A stretch of DNA of 64,000 bases from Macrostomum hystrix (Eukaryota; Animalia; Platyhelminthes), in the NCBI GenBank assembly GCA_950097015.1, contig CATNEN010000038.1, positions 5,332,001 to 5,396,000 on the forward strand, in the 5' to 3' direction. The translations under genes and the position numbers were made by a program. Positions 11,491 through 24,285 of the stretch are shown in pieces; the stretch's first letter is position 1; each line of letters starts with the position of its first letter. Under the pieces are notes generated by a model that saw nothing but the letters and a program-made list of their open reading frames with translations, was not told where the DNA came from and searched no databases.

Positions 11491-12005
11491 CGTAATCGAG
11501 GGATCGAGTGTAGTGCCCCACCCGGTCGACGGACTGAACAGCTGTTCGCAGCCTTCAGCAGAGGCTGTGAAGTGCCGTCAGCAGTCTGTTGTGAGAACTC
11601 ACAATTCCGTTCTCAATTCCTTCTACAGAAGAACACTAATTTAAGTTATCGAAATCTTTCTTCAACAAAAAAAATAATTTTTTAAAAAAGGTCCAACTAA
11701 AAACTAAAAGTGCAATTTGGCTGCTTCTCGATTCAACAGTCCAATGGTCAGTGTTACACCCTATGCAGGTGTTCTTATTGGCTATCTGAATAGAAAAAAT
11801 AGACATTCTATGTCTATCAAACGGCCCTGTTATCTCCTGTGTTTTCGAGTCAAAGCGCATGACCAATGGGCCATGAACTGTTGAACAGCTTCTAATTTTA
11901 AATAATAACATTTTATAAAATTTAAAATGTACAGAATGGTACAGAATGGCACTGAGTTAATTGCTCAACCGCAATCATTCGCTTCAGACTGAAAGTCTAG
12001 AGAAG

Positions 12006-15000
12006 ATGACCAGCAGCAGCAGCAGCAGCGACCGCCGTCGTCTTCTTCTAAACCTGTTCTTCGGCTTGCTAGCCGTGGCTGGGCAAGTCGGCCAGAATGT
12101 GTCTCTGCCGCTGTGGATCGACTCCGGCCGGCCCGACACCTGCGGCAACCAGTCCGCCGGAAATGACACCGTCGGCTTTGAAGCATCGCTGCCGCTGCTT
12201 CTTGAAGACAGAGCGAGCGCACAGGAGCTACTGGTGCTTGAGGAGGAGCCGGCCATTGCCAACTGCACAATGGCCCGCAGCATCGATAGCTACTTTGTGT
12301 ACACATTTGCCTGCATCAGCTTCGTGGTCATCTTCGGCTTGCTGCTGATTCCGATGAAGCTGCTCAGCCCGGAGAGCCTCGGCCAGACCGAGCTTCGCTT
12401 TCCTCAGTTTGCCCTGTTTCTCATCGGCTTCTTTGACGCCTTGAACGGCGTGCTGGTTGTCTTCGCGTCCAGCGGTCGTCGAACTCTGCCAGCTCTGCAG
12501 CCGATCCTCAGCAATTTCATGATCCCCCTGACCGTGACATTCCGGCTCGCCCTGCTCCGAAAACGGCCCTCGCCGTTGAAGGGTCTCGCCGCGCTTGGCG
12601 TCTTTTTGGCCCTGGTGATCAGCCTGCTGCCCACAATGATCCCATCGCTGGGTGCAGACACAGCCGGAGGGGCCAGCGGAGCTGCCCGGGTGATCTGGCC
12701 GGTCGTCTTCATGCTGGGCTTCGTGCCAGCAGCCGTCATGAATGTCCTGCAGGAGAAGTGGCTCAAGCACCGTCTGGAGGCCGCTGGTGGTGGCCAGTTA
12801 AACCTCATCTTCTTCTTGTTCAGCACGAGCTGCTACCAGCTGCTGACAGCCCTGGCCCTGTTCTGGGTGGACATTGTCCCGGGTTACGGTAATGCCAGCA
12901 GCCTCTGGCAACTCGGCGACAGCTGGCGCTTCGGCATCTCCTGCTTCTTTGGAGGAGACGGCTGCCCGCCAGACTCTGGTATTCGAGGTTCCATGTTTAT
13001 TGGCATGTACACAATTTCCTACATCGGCGGCGGCCTGCTGCTGCGCTACGCCGAGGGCGCCACCCTGCTGGCCGTGGTGTCAGCACTCGTCACTCCGCTG
13101 GGCTTCTTGTTCTGGACCTTCTTCCAGGTTGGTCAGGGTTGCAGGCCGGGTTTGTGCAGTCGGTGGTGGCATTTGTTCAGATGAGGCTCGTATCTGTTTC
13201 AGTCATACTCGTTCTAGTATGATACTAAATACTTTTGGGGTCGGTGGCTGAGTGGATAACGCGTTTTCCTCTCGCACCACGGTCCCAAAGTTCTATTTCG
13301 CGGCGAGGCCGCGTTTTTTGGGGTGCAGCCGCGGAGAGAAGTATTGGGGACTTGTGATTGTCATGTCGCTTTGTTAAGGCTTTTGTTTGCAATTTTTATT
13401 TGGTGTGAATCATTTAACAGTGGCAGTTGTGAATCAGTTAACAGTGGCAGTTGTGAATCAGTTAACAGTGGTAGTTGTGAATCAGTTAACAGTGGCAGTT
13501 GTGAATCATTTAACAGTGGCAGTTGTGAATCAGTTAACAGTGGCAGTTGTGAATCATTTAACAGTGGCAGTTGTGAATCAGTTAACAGTGGCAGTTGTGA
13601 ATCAGTTAACAGTGGTAGTTGTGAATCAGTTAACAGTGGCAGTTGTGAATCAGTTAACAGTGGCAGTTGTGAATCAGTTAACATTGGCAGTTGTGAATCA
13701 GTTAACAGTGGTAGTTGTGAATCAGTTAACAGTGGTAGTTGTGAATCAGTTAACAGTGGCAGTTGTGAATCAGTTAACAGTGGTAGTTGTGAATCAGTTA
13801 ACAGTGGCAGTTGTGAATCAGTTAACAGTGGTAGTTGTGAATCAGTTAACAGTGGCAGTTGTGAATCAGTTAACAGTGGCAGTTGTGAATCAGTTAACAG
13901 TGGTAGTTGTGAATCAGTTAACAGTGGCAGTTGTGAATCAGTTAACAGTGGCAGTTGTGAATCAGTTAACAGTGGCAGTTGTGTATCATTTAACAGTGGC
14001 AGTTGTGAATCAGTTAACAGTGGTAGTTGTGAATCAGTTAACAGTGGTAGTTGTGAATCAGTTAACAGTGGCAGTTGTGAATCAGTTAACAGTGGCAGTT
14101 GTGAATCAGTTAACAGTGGCAGTTGTGTATCATTTAACAGTGGCAGTTGTGAATCAGTTAACAGTGGTAGTTGTGAATCAGTTAACAGTGGTAGTTGTGA
14201 ATCATTTAACAGTGGCAGTTGTGAATCATTTAACAGTGGCAGTTGTGAATCAGTTAACAGTGGTAGTTGTGAATCAGTTAACAGTGGCAGTTGTGAATCA
14301 GTTAACAGTGGCAGTTGTGAATCAGTTAACAGTGGCAGTTGTGTATCAGTTAACAGTGGTAGTTGTGTATCAGTTAACAGTGGTAGTTGTGAATCAGTTA
14401 ACAGTGGCAGTTGTGAATCAGTTAACAGTGGCAGTTGTGAATCAGTTAACAGTGGTAGTTGTGAATCAGTTAACAGTGGCAGTTGTGAATCAGTTAACAG
14501 TGGTAGTTGTGAATCAGTTAACAGTGGTAGTTGTGAATCAGTTAACAGTGGTAGTTGTGAATCAGTTAACAGTGGTAGTTGTGAATCAGTTAACAGTGGT
14601 AGTTGTGAATCAGTTAACAGTGGCAGTTGTGAATCAGTTAACAGTGGTAGTTGTGAATCAGTTAACTGTGGCAGTTGTGAATCAGTTAACAGTGGCAGTT
14701 GTGAATCAGTTAACAGTGGCAGTTGTGAATCAGTTAACAGTGGCAGTTGTGAATCAGTTAACAGTGGCAGTTGTGAATCAGTTAACAGTGGCAGTTGTGA
14801 ATCAGTTAACAGTGGCAGTTGTGTATCAGTTAACAGTGGCAGTTGTGAATCAGTTAACAGTGGCAGTTGTGAATCAGTTAACAGTGGCAGTTGTGAATCA
14901 GTTAACAGTGGCAGTTGTGAATCAGTTAACAGTGGCAGTTGTGAATCAGTTAACAGTGGCAGTTGTGTATCAGTTAACAGTGGTAGTTGTGAATCAGTTA

Positions 15001-15683
15001 ACAGTGGCAGTTGTGAATCAGTTAACAGTGGTAGTTGTGAATCAGTTAACAGTGGCAGTTGTGAATCAGTTAACAGTGGCAGTTGTGAATCAGTTAACAG
15101 TGGCAGTTGTGAATCAGTTAACAGTGGCAGTTGTGAATCAGTTAACAGTGGCAGTTGTGAATCAGTTAACAGTGGTAGTTGTGAATCAGTTAACAGTGGC
15201 AGTTGTGTATCAGTTAAAAGTGGTAGTTGTGAATCAGTTAACAGTGGTAGTTGTGAATCAGTTAACAGTGGTAGTTGTGAATCAGTTAACAGTGGTAGTT
15301 GTGAATCAGTTAACAGTGGCAGTTGTGTATCAGTTAACAGTGGTAGTTGTGTACCAGATGTTCGTGATCAAGATTGAGTGATTCTTCAAGCGTACTGCTT
15401 GACGCAAATGACTTCTACGACTCTTTTTCTTAGAAATGCCGTCTATCTTGACGCACCTTTCACACTGCAGGAGAATCCTTTTATGTTTCACATCGCCACA
15501 AACTACACCACCTGGTTCGCTCTGGCCTCATTGGCCCTGATGGTGCCCGCAATCCTGGCCTACAACTGGCGCTCCGAAGCAGCCGATGAAGCGCGGAGGC
15601 TGCTCATTCAGGGCGATGAAGGATCTGAGATCGACGAGGACGGGATCTACAGAGGGGCCGGAGTGGAGTATTCATACTACTGA
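12006..15683 (+). CDS. CRT-like (chloroquine-resistance-transporter-like, DMT superfamily) membrane transporter; exons 12006-13127, 15471-15683
   Basis: About ten hydrophobic segments; GQNVSLPLW, GFFDALNGVLVVFAS..RT...LQPIL, GFVPAAVMNVLQEK motifs; phase-0 intron cag|gttggt ... ctgcag|GAG keeps frame. Confidence 0.8.
13237..13357 (+). mobile_element. SINE family A, 5' fragment (intronic)
   Basis: GGGGTCGGTGGCTGAGTGG A-box head followed by family-A sequence. Confidence 0.7.
13404..15352. repeat. 24-bp minisatellite (gaatcagttaacagtggcagttgt), ~80 copies, in CRT-like intron
   Basis: Direct periodicity. Confidence 0.98.
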
Positions 15684-16655
15684 CGGATCAGTAGTAGCAG
15701 CTACAAACTGAATTGCTGGCTGACTAGCTTGGGTGCAGTGAAATATCTTCTGAAAATCTATATTTTATAACAGGTTGTGATCGAGCGAAAACAAAAACTG
15801 AGAAATACTTGTCCTTTGCTTCATCTTAAAAAATATTTAATTGAGTTTTTTGCTTTGTTCCCGACGGAGAGCTCTAATCTTCAATATTTAAATAATATTT
15901 TCTCGACTTCCAGTACTCTCATATCACCAATCACAAAGCTGTCAAGTCAAGGGACTTAAATTTTCACAATTCCACAATTCGAAACTCATAATCTTCTAAA
16001 CTACTTTCGATCACAAAAAGCCAGTTTCTGCAGTTGCAGGCCTACATATTTTGGTTTTCAAACCTGCATGCAAGATAGATTGAAAGCTAAAGATAAGATT
16101 TTGGAAACGATTGCAGTGACTGCGGTCGGTTCGGGGTCCAGTTCGGGTTGCAGTACTATTAAGTTTGCAACGAGCTGAAACAAGGGTTAGGACGCTCTGG
16201 GTTGGGTTGGGCCTTGCACTGGGTCGGCATTCTCTCACGCAGTACTCCTAGGTCAACAATACTACTTTCAATAGCTGCACAGCTTATAAAATTGTAATAC
16301 AAAACGCAGGACGCTCTGGCAGTACCAATTTATGATTTAATTATTTATTTATAATGGCACTCATGAGTGGCACTCATAAAGGAGAGACACGATAGAGGCA
16401 CATTCTTATTGTCGTGCGCAGCTAATAGTACAATTATAGTTGTTTTTAGAAGCAGGGGTCTTTCGAGCAAGTAATCCTCAGTCTCGATTGTACTAGATTA
16501 TTTATTAACTTGTAATCCTGATCCTGTTATCCCTGATCATCTGTCAATTTAGCCAGAAATTAAATTGAGAAGTAGGATGCATCATCATCGAGCATGCATC
16601 AAAAATCAAATTAGTGGCCAATGTTACTGTTGCCATTCGCAGTTCAGAACCAGTT

Positions 16656-19516
16656 TCAAGCCCTTCTGTAGACGTAGAACTTTCCTGGCAGGTCATTGTA
16701 ATAGTGCTCCATGATGCCGGTCTGCACCTTCTGCCAGACGCCGTCCGCTTCCAGACGATCCATCGTGGGCTCCAGAACGCGAAGGTAGTCGGTCCGAAGG
16801 TACTCTTCGCGTAGCGCCATGCAGAAGATGCCGCCAGACTTCAAGGTCATTGCCAGCGGCATCAGGTGCATCGGTCCCAGGTGCCCGGGCAGGAAGGAAC
16901 CCGAGGTCACAATGGCATCGTAAGATCCTGATTTGAGAATTTTTGTCGAGAAGAATGAGAAAATTTGCTATTAGCTCTGAAAAAATGTTTCAAAGCGGTG
17001 TTACTTTGTGGGGTTCCTACCCTGCTCCACAGCTTTAATCCTTTCGCTGTCAATGAGCTCTTCGAATAGCTGCTTGTACACCTGCTTCTTGGCGGCTACG
17101 TCCAGCATGCCGCGGCTGCCATCAATGGCATCGATGTTGTCGAAGCCAAGCTCCTTCAGCTGGCGAGTTGGGGTGAGTGACAGTTGGTAGGCGTGAATAG
17201 ATAACTCTGTCGTAGGTCAGTGGCGAAGCCAGGATTTTTGTCTAGGGGGGCCGCGCGTTTTGGGCGCGCCACTATTGGGAGGCGCCACTACCACGGGCGC
17301 CACTATCAGGGGGCGCCACTACCAGTGGGCGCCAGCGCCAATACTAGAGTTGCCACTCTGCCGCGGGGGCGCCACTATCAGGGGGCGCCACTACCAGTGG
17401 GCGCCAGCGCCAATACTAGGGTTGCCACTCTACCGCGGGGGCGCCACTATCAGGGGCGCCACTATTAGGGGCGCCACTATCAGGGGGCGCCAGCGCAACT
17501 ACTAGGGGGTGCCACTACCACGGGGACGCCACTACTCGTACAATGGGGCGCCACATAGTTTTGTCAGCCGATTAAGGGGGCGAGGCCCTCCTTGCCCCCC
17601 CCTGGTAACGCCCCTCTTTAAGGTAAAGTGTAGTTCTATTTTAAACAGAATTCGTTAAAATCTCAACTGACGGCAACGCCGCCAAGACCGGTGCCAGCAC
17701 AGACGTCCAGGATCTGTGCGCTTTTGTCTGGCAGGTACGCATCAGCCAGCCTCGCAATCTTTTGCGGATGAGTGTAGCCGTGAGACATGTTAAGCAGATC
17801 CTTCATGCGATTTTGAGTGAATGTGAGGAGTGTGTTAATGATATGTTACCGTTAGTTTTCAGCGTTTTGTAAATGGTATATATTCCCCATTTATTTTGTT
17901 GTCTAGCGAGCAAGAGGTGTCTCGTTTATTGACCGAGGCGAAGCCGAGGTCAATGATCGAGACACCGAGTGCTTTTGGCCCTAGACAGCTAAATGAGTGG
18001 GGAATATGATATGTATCCCCCGTTCGGTGTGTGTAGCTTTTGTGTGCTACACTTTTTTGCTAGTTTTTGTTAGTCTATGGTTGTTGTCTCGAATTTATCA
18101 GCCCGCGGGGCAGCGGGAAATAAATGATTTATTCACCTAGGGAAATAAATGAAAACATGCGTCACATAGACACTCGCCCGGGGCAAAAGGGGGACACATA
18201 TTTCTTCGTCCCGGACAAATAAATGCTACAACACTAGACCATAGACTTATTGGACCAGGATCGACAAGTGGGGATACATGTGACTGAATTTCATTCGACT
18301 ATTCGTAATCTCTTAAAAGTTTGTGCTAATATCTAACGAAATAAAACCTTTTTGCAATTTTTAGGCTTCCACACGACGTTTTAGGCTTTCCCAGAACAAA
18401 CCCGTTCATATTGGCCGGCAAACTCGTTGTACATCTCTGAAGTTTTTGCTCCTCCGTACGCCATTGTGTCAAACCGGGAGAAGAACACATTTGCTCGGTG
18501 TTCTGTACAATTTGTCTGCTGCTGCTGCTGCTGCTGAACTGATGCCATGGCAGATAACGTACGCTGGCAGTTTAAATGCTACGAGTATAACTCTAACTCA
18601 AGTAAAATGAATATTCTCCAGTTAGCTAATAAGAAGTTGGGTTTCTCAAAAGAGCCTTGATAACGAGATGAAGAGTAGGAGTTACGAGCTACAGACGAGC
18701 TGCTACACGCTTTTGCCTACCATGCTATAATATCGTGACGTCAGTGCAGACATTTTAGGGAAAGCCGTGCACAAGGCAGGAGCATTGCTTTCTCTCCACC
18801 GAAGGTCTCCGTTCTCTCATTGGACGGCATTATCAGTCCATCCTGTCTGATAAAGCGTTTTTGAACGACAAAAAGACTTGACAGATGTTCACAGCAATCT
18901 TCTGGTGCCTAAAGGCTCAGAATGTGGTCTTAGAGACAAAGCATCTCCACATTTTGTCTTCGTTCTCCATTGAATGTAAGCAGAAGATCTTATAGCATGG
19001 AAGGTAATGGCAAATCATTTGGTGACACTAGACCCGCAGCCAGCCAGGAGGCGACTCTGTCGATTTCGCTGACTCCTGAGCACATTTGCACGACAAGCCC
19101 CCAAGCCTTCTCTGCACGGCTGCGCCCCAGTTTAATGTCGCCTCGCCGTGTAATCGAGCTCAGGGACCTTGGCGCGAGAGGCAAACACCTCAACCAGTCT
19201 GCCCTCACCCCCTCAAAGCCGCTGACTTATATTTTGCAAGGGCAATTAAAAACCTTGAGTTGGGAGAAAAAAATAAAAAACAAGTTTTAAACAAAATTCT
19301 ATTTAAGCATAAAAACAATAATATGAATAAGCATGCCCCTTTCTGCTCATTGCTGCAGTCACATTCTGCGTCGATGATGCTCCTCACCTGTTCATAGTTG
19401 CTACTCCAGTCATTGTACATCGACTTCACACCCTGGGGATCTTTAGAGTACAGGTCGTCGACAATTTGGTCGCTTCTGGCCTTGGCGGCGGCGGCGGCAG
19501 TCTCTGACGATGTCAT
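16656..19516 (-). CDS. METTL27: METTL27/WBSCR27-like SAM-dependent methyltransferase; exons 19516-19388 (or 18548-18402), 17800-17672, 17159-17021, 16927-16656
   Basis: MYNDWSSNYEQD; motif I ILDVCAGTGL; GFDNIDAIDGSRGML; YDAIVTSGSFLPGH; LKSGGIFC. All GT-AG junctions in frame. Confidence 0.85.
17218..17616. mobile_element. MITE-like non-autonomous element (hAT-like ends) with internal ggggcgccacta repeats
   Basis: Imperfect TIR CAGTGGCGAAGCCAGG ... CCTGGTAACGCCCCTC; flanks tcgtaggt / tttaaggt are only a degenerate 8-bp TSD. Confidence 0.55.
17876..18280. mobile_element. Double-hairpin non-autonomous element, possibly Crypton-related
   Basis: Hairpin 1: atattcccca..gtctag..gtgtctcg..attgacc[gaggcgaagccga]ggtcaat..cgagacac..ctagac..tggggaatat. 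Hairpin 2: atgtatcccc..agtctatggt ... accatagact..ggggatacat. Confidence 0.55.
18402..18548 (-). CDS. Candidate alternative first coding exon of the METTL27-like gene
   Basis: ATG-initiated, 49 codons ending MYNEFAGQYER|gtttgt; parallels MYNDWSSNYEQ|gtgagg of the upstream exon in sequence and phase. Confidence 0.7.
19005..19212 (-). mobile_element. SINE family A, internally deleted copy
   Basis: Shares head and tail blocks with the other copies. Confidence 0.75.
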
Positions 19517-20124
19517 GACGAAAACAACGAGAACGATCTTCTAATTCGGTGAATCCAGCGAATAAGCAGCTTAATATTTTTCTGTTGGCAACTCTAATTA
19601 CTTCTCAATGGTGCGACTTAGCGGTCGAAAAGCTTGTTCGCTGATGTTGTTATTTTTAGAAAAGTCGATTGTACTTTTAGCGCACTGTTTTGCAACTGGA
19701 AAACGCTTCACTGGGCAAGGTTTGAAGCTGCCGCAGCCGCCACTTTACCAGAGGAAGCCCTGTTAGTTTTCCTATTAGAGCGGCTGCCAAGCTTGTCGGC
19801 GATAAGAAAAGGTACAGAATTCCATAAGAAAACATTTTTTACGGAGTTAATGGAAATGGAATTATTCTGCAGAAATGATTTTTATCTTCGCACTGTATGC
19901 AAAGTGTTGTGAGAAAATGTACAGACGGACGTCGCCCAACGGAAAACTTTACACATTTTCTCTGCGAAAATTTTTGGTTTCATTTTCATTACTCATTAAT
20001 TATTCTATTAATGCTTTTATACCACACTTACCGCAATGAATTCAAAGTCCAGAACAGAACAAGCATTTTACAAGTTGATTTTACAAGTCCCGAGTACTAA
20101 TAATAATAATAGTACTATTAATAC

Positions 20125-20435
20125 TTACAGGAGGGCTGCGGGCAATCTCGCATCATTTGGTGACACTAGACCTGCAGCCAGTGAGGAGGCAATTCTGCCC
20201 ATTTCGCTGACTCCTGAGCACACACGCACAGTCGCACACATATACTGTACGCAGCTGGCACACAGGCAGGCACACCCAGGTGTGTACATCTGCCCTGACT
20301 TTCTCAACGTCTGGCAGTCTATGCTTTCACTGTGCCTTGGAGGTTGGTCCTCAAGGGCGTCAATCGCACGACAAGCCCCCAAGCCTTCTCTCCGCGGCTG
20401 CGCCCCAATTTAATGTGGCCTCGCCACGAAATCGC
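20125..20435 (-). mobile_element. SINE family A, 5'-truncated copy with (TAT)-rich tail at ~20098-20125
   Basis: Colinear with 27594-27950. Confidence 0.8.
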
Positions 20436-21903
20436 AAACCTCTAATCCCGTGTACTACAAAAGGAAGAACGATGCTGGTTCCCTCAAATTTCGAAAGAAA
20501 CATTGCAAGCAAGGAACGTTTCGTTTCTGCGTTTCTTCAGTCCGGAACGTCGTGGACTTTCTATCAGGACTGACCCCGCGTCCTCAAAAACGTCAGTTAT
20601 TTTCCGCCTGCTCATCTAGAAGTTGCACTTTACTGGCTGGCTAGACGATAGTTTAGCAACTTTGCTCTAATTTATCAATTGAATTTTCTTACAATGACAG
20701 CAAAGAAATTGTGGCTCTCACGTGCGGTGTGTCACTAAAGTGTGTGATAATTGTTACATCTTCCTAGCTTTCGACCAAATGCCGACTTAGGTGCCTCGGC
20801 ATTCCTCAAAGTCGACGCGAGTAGCAGTGACAATTTACCGTCTGCTTCGGCTGAGTTCCCTCCAGTGGTGGCGTTCCAGCGACTACCAGAGCAGAAGGAG
20901 ATGCCGACACCGCCCGCCTGGCCGTTATCGATGCCAGAGCCACTGCCGCTAAAGCCTACAGAGCCTTTACAAGAGTAAGGCACTTACAATCACATTGTTG
21001 ATCAAATTGGCACCTCCGCCTCCTCCCCCAGTCGTCGTAAAGATTCCCGCCGCTAAGTCCTCGAGCGCTCGAGTTGAAGATCCAGCCGGCACCCCGGTCC
21101 ACCAGCCAAGCACGGCTGAGAGCCGCCGCAGGACACCGCAGGACATTGCGGACAAGTCCGCCACGTAGGGCTGTCCCTTCGCTCCTCCAACGCCGATGGC
21201 CAGGAAGTTCATGCCGGTGCCGTTCCACTCCGAACTGATCGTCACTCCACTCTTAAATACGTCTCAAATACCTCGCACGTTTCGTTTTGACGTCTGAAAG
21301 GGATGTGTAGCTTTTCATAGCAAAGTAAAGGGAAACTCGGGAAAATTACGAAGTACCTGACAACTTGTCGAACAGCAGCAGTAAACACAGGCAGCTCCGG
21401 CTGTGGAAGGCCTCCAGGTCGCAGCCAAGTCAGTCTCACAGGTAAGTGACAGTCTAGGGTCCCCGGCACGGGCCCTGCTGCGTCAGGGAGCTGCGCACCG
21501 CACCGTACAGGTAGACTGGGACGTCCGTACTCCGAATCCGCTCGGCGCGCAGAGCTTCAATGCTGAAGCAGAGACAGAACGAGTGATATCTGTCCATAAT
21601 GTACTGGCGCACTAGTTTGATTAACATAAACCAACACCGTGTACTACTACGAGTATAGTAATGTGACAAATGCTCTTACTTTTACTCTACTGCAATTAAA
21701 CGCGACCAGGCTGCAGTAAGCACTATGAATACCAATGTTGTTAATACTACAACATATAATAATAATCCAAAGCCATATATTCTTAAAATACAATTTCTCA
21801 TTAATATTGCGACTAATACTAATATTGAACACTATTAGGAATACTGCTTTACTTATAATTTTAGTAAGCTTCCTAACAATAATAGTATTAATATTTCCAC
21901 TTC

Positions 21904-22150
21904 GGGGTGAGTCGCAAAGCGTTTGCCTCTCGCACCAAGGTCCATGAGTTCGATTCCGCGGCGAGTCGGCGCAGCCGCAGAGAGAAGGCTTGGGGGCTTG
22001 TCGTGCAATTTACGCTTTTGAGGGCCAACCTCCAAGGAACTGTGGGAGTGTGTACTGCCTGACAGCGAGAAAGTCAAAGATGTACACACCTGTGGGCATG
22101 TGGGCTCTGGAGTCAGCGGAATGGGGCAGAAGCAATGCCCACTGCCCTCA
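21904..22150 (+). mobile_element. SINE family A copy
   Basis: B-box GAGTTCGATTCC; gagagaaggcttgggggcttgtcgtgc; ggagtcagcggaatggg. Confidence 0.75.
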
Positions 22151-22178
22151 GGCAAGTTTTATGTATTTTATAGTATTA

Positions 22179-23444
22179 AGGGTGAGCCAAAAGTTTCCGG
22201 AATTTTTTTCAGCTGGATCTTCGTACAAATTTTGTTTATGGTATATCTCAAAAGTGGCAGTCATCCACTAGCATACTTGCATGCATGCTTTTATCTCTTT
22301 TACTCAGAATCAGCGCATCTCTTCAGCTCTGCTTGAATAGCCGCTATAGTAATAATAATGGACATGCCTAAAAACGAATGGCGAGCAATTCTGCTCAACC
22401 ACTTTCCACGCTGGAAGAAATGCAGCCGAGGCACATCGCGAGCTATCAAGTCTGATGGGTCATCATGCACCCTCTAAGTCTACGGTGTACGAATGGTTCG
22501 CTCGCTTTGTAGAGGAGGACTGGAACCTGTCCGACAAACCAAGGTCAGGTCGACCCCCCACTGCCGATCAAGGTGCCGTTCTCCATGCCCTAGAGGACAA
22601 CCCGGAGAACAGTGTGCGCAAGTTGTCGGCCACAACTGGAGTGCCCTACAGCACAGTTCGACGGAGCCTGCATGATGCAGGCAAGGTTCCGAAGAAGCCG
22701 ACTCTGGTACCCCACGAGCTGACTCCCCAGCAGATGGGCACTCGGGTCGAGATGGCAACTTTGAACTTCCTCCAGGCCCACTCGCCAAATTTTTCCTAAA
22801 GTCCATCATTGCGCAGGATGAGAAGTGGGTCTCATATGAAAATCCTATCGCATCGGCGGTCTGGGTGAATGCTGATGAAGAGCCACCAATCTGCTCCAGG
22901 CGAGACCCCCACTGTGGGAAGGAGCTCTTGTCCTTCTGGTTCTGCTCATCGGGCCCCATCTTCTGGGAGCTCATCCCGCATGGCGTGGCTGTCACTGCTG
23001 CTGTCATCTGCGAAGAACTGGAGCAAGTTGCCCACCGGCTGCGATCCGTGTGCCCAGGGCACCGGGACAAAGTTTTTCTGTTTGACAATGCCCGACCACA
23101 CAAGGCTAGAATCACCCAAGCCAAACTCGCGAGCCTCGGCTTCAGCGTTTTGCCTCACCCACCTTACTCGCCGGACCTCTCGCCATGTGACTACCATGTG
23201 TTCAGATCCCTCCAGAACTTCTGTGATGGTCGGCGCTTTGCGAACAAGCAGCATGTGGAGTTAGCAGTGCAGGAATGGATCGACTCTAGGCCAAGGAGCT
23301 TCTGGATTGAGGCACTGCCTATGAGATGGGAGAGAGTCAAGGTCTTGAATGGCAACTATGTTACATCGATTTAATCTGTTGACTTTGAATGCGAAAGTTG
23401 ACTATGTTGATGCAATGAAATTCCGGAAACTTTTGGCTCACCCT
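22179..23444 (+). mobile_element. Mariner (DD34D) transposon, ~1.27 kb
   Basis: TIR AGGGTGAGCCAAAAGTTTCCGGAATTT at both ends, TA flanks. Confidence 0.93.
22358..23374 (+). pseudogene. Frameshifted mariner transposase
   Basis: KPRSGRPP linker, LVPHEL, IIAQDEKW, FDNARPH, HPPYSPDLSPCDY motifs spread over different frames. Confidence 0.92.
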
Positions 23445-24285
23445 TATATTAAGATTTCTACTAACACTTCTAATATTTAATACTACAATTTCTAGGCCCA
23501 TATTCCCTGCAACTAGCCTTGCAATTTATTTAACCAACGAAATAATTAAAAACGTGAAATCGACAGTTCAGCATACTACTTCTCAATGATTTCACTAGTA
23601 GTACGGTTAGTAGCTGTAGCCAAAATGTACAGCCTGATATACTACGTACACGCACTTGATAGATAATGCTGAATTAATGTAAAGTATTATTGTATTAAAC
23701 ACTGTAGACTTTGTTATTAATTATTTTTTATAGACAGTTTCTCTGTTTAATAGACTACGAATATATTATTTTAATTTAAACAGCAAGCTAGCTGTCGGTA
23801 AAATTAACAATTTACTAAGCAGGTTACATTCTAATTATATAGTTAATGGCTTGCTGTCTGTAAATTTTTCTTCGGACAGAATACTACAGAACAGATAGAG
23901 CGACAGAAATCAAATAGTTAATAGACACAGACCAAGGAATATGACTTGTTATATTTATTCCTTGGTCTGTGTTAGATGTCACAGTTAACGGTCCTTACCC
24001 TTCTCTCGCTGCTTTTCCTTTCTATCCTCTAAGAACGGCCCCACCCCACACCGTTGGGGGGGTCGCGTTATGTACGCGTCCAATGTACATTGACTCCCAA
24101 GACAACCTCCTCTTCACTGTACACTCAGTTAGTTCTACGCGCTGTCCTCTAAATAGACACACTGAAACTGACGGACGAAAGAAAGGCGAGCTGGGTCGAA
24201 CGTTGCGCAAACGTGTTAGCCCTGTGTGAACTGGCTTGGATTTAAAGTTCAAACTTCAATTTGTTCTTTTGCGTCACTTTTCAGC

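Noticed and set aside
13323-15381. 684- and 664-aa repeat ORFs
   Set aside because: 24-bp array inside the CRT-like intron
20751-21615. GC-rich, Pro-rich coding-like stretch
   Set aside because: Broken by stops and frameshifts, no recognisable domain; may be a decayed gene or TE but cannot be called
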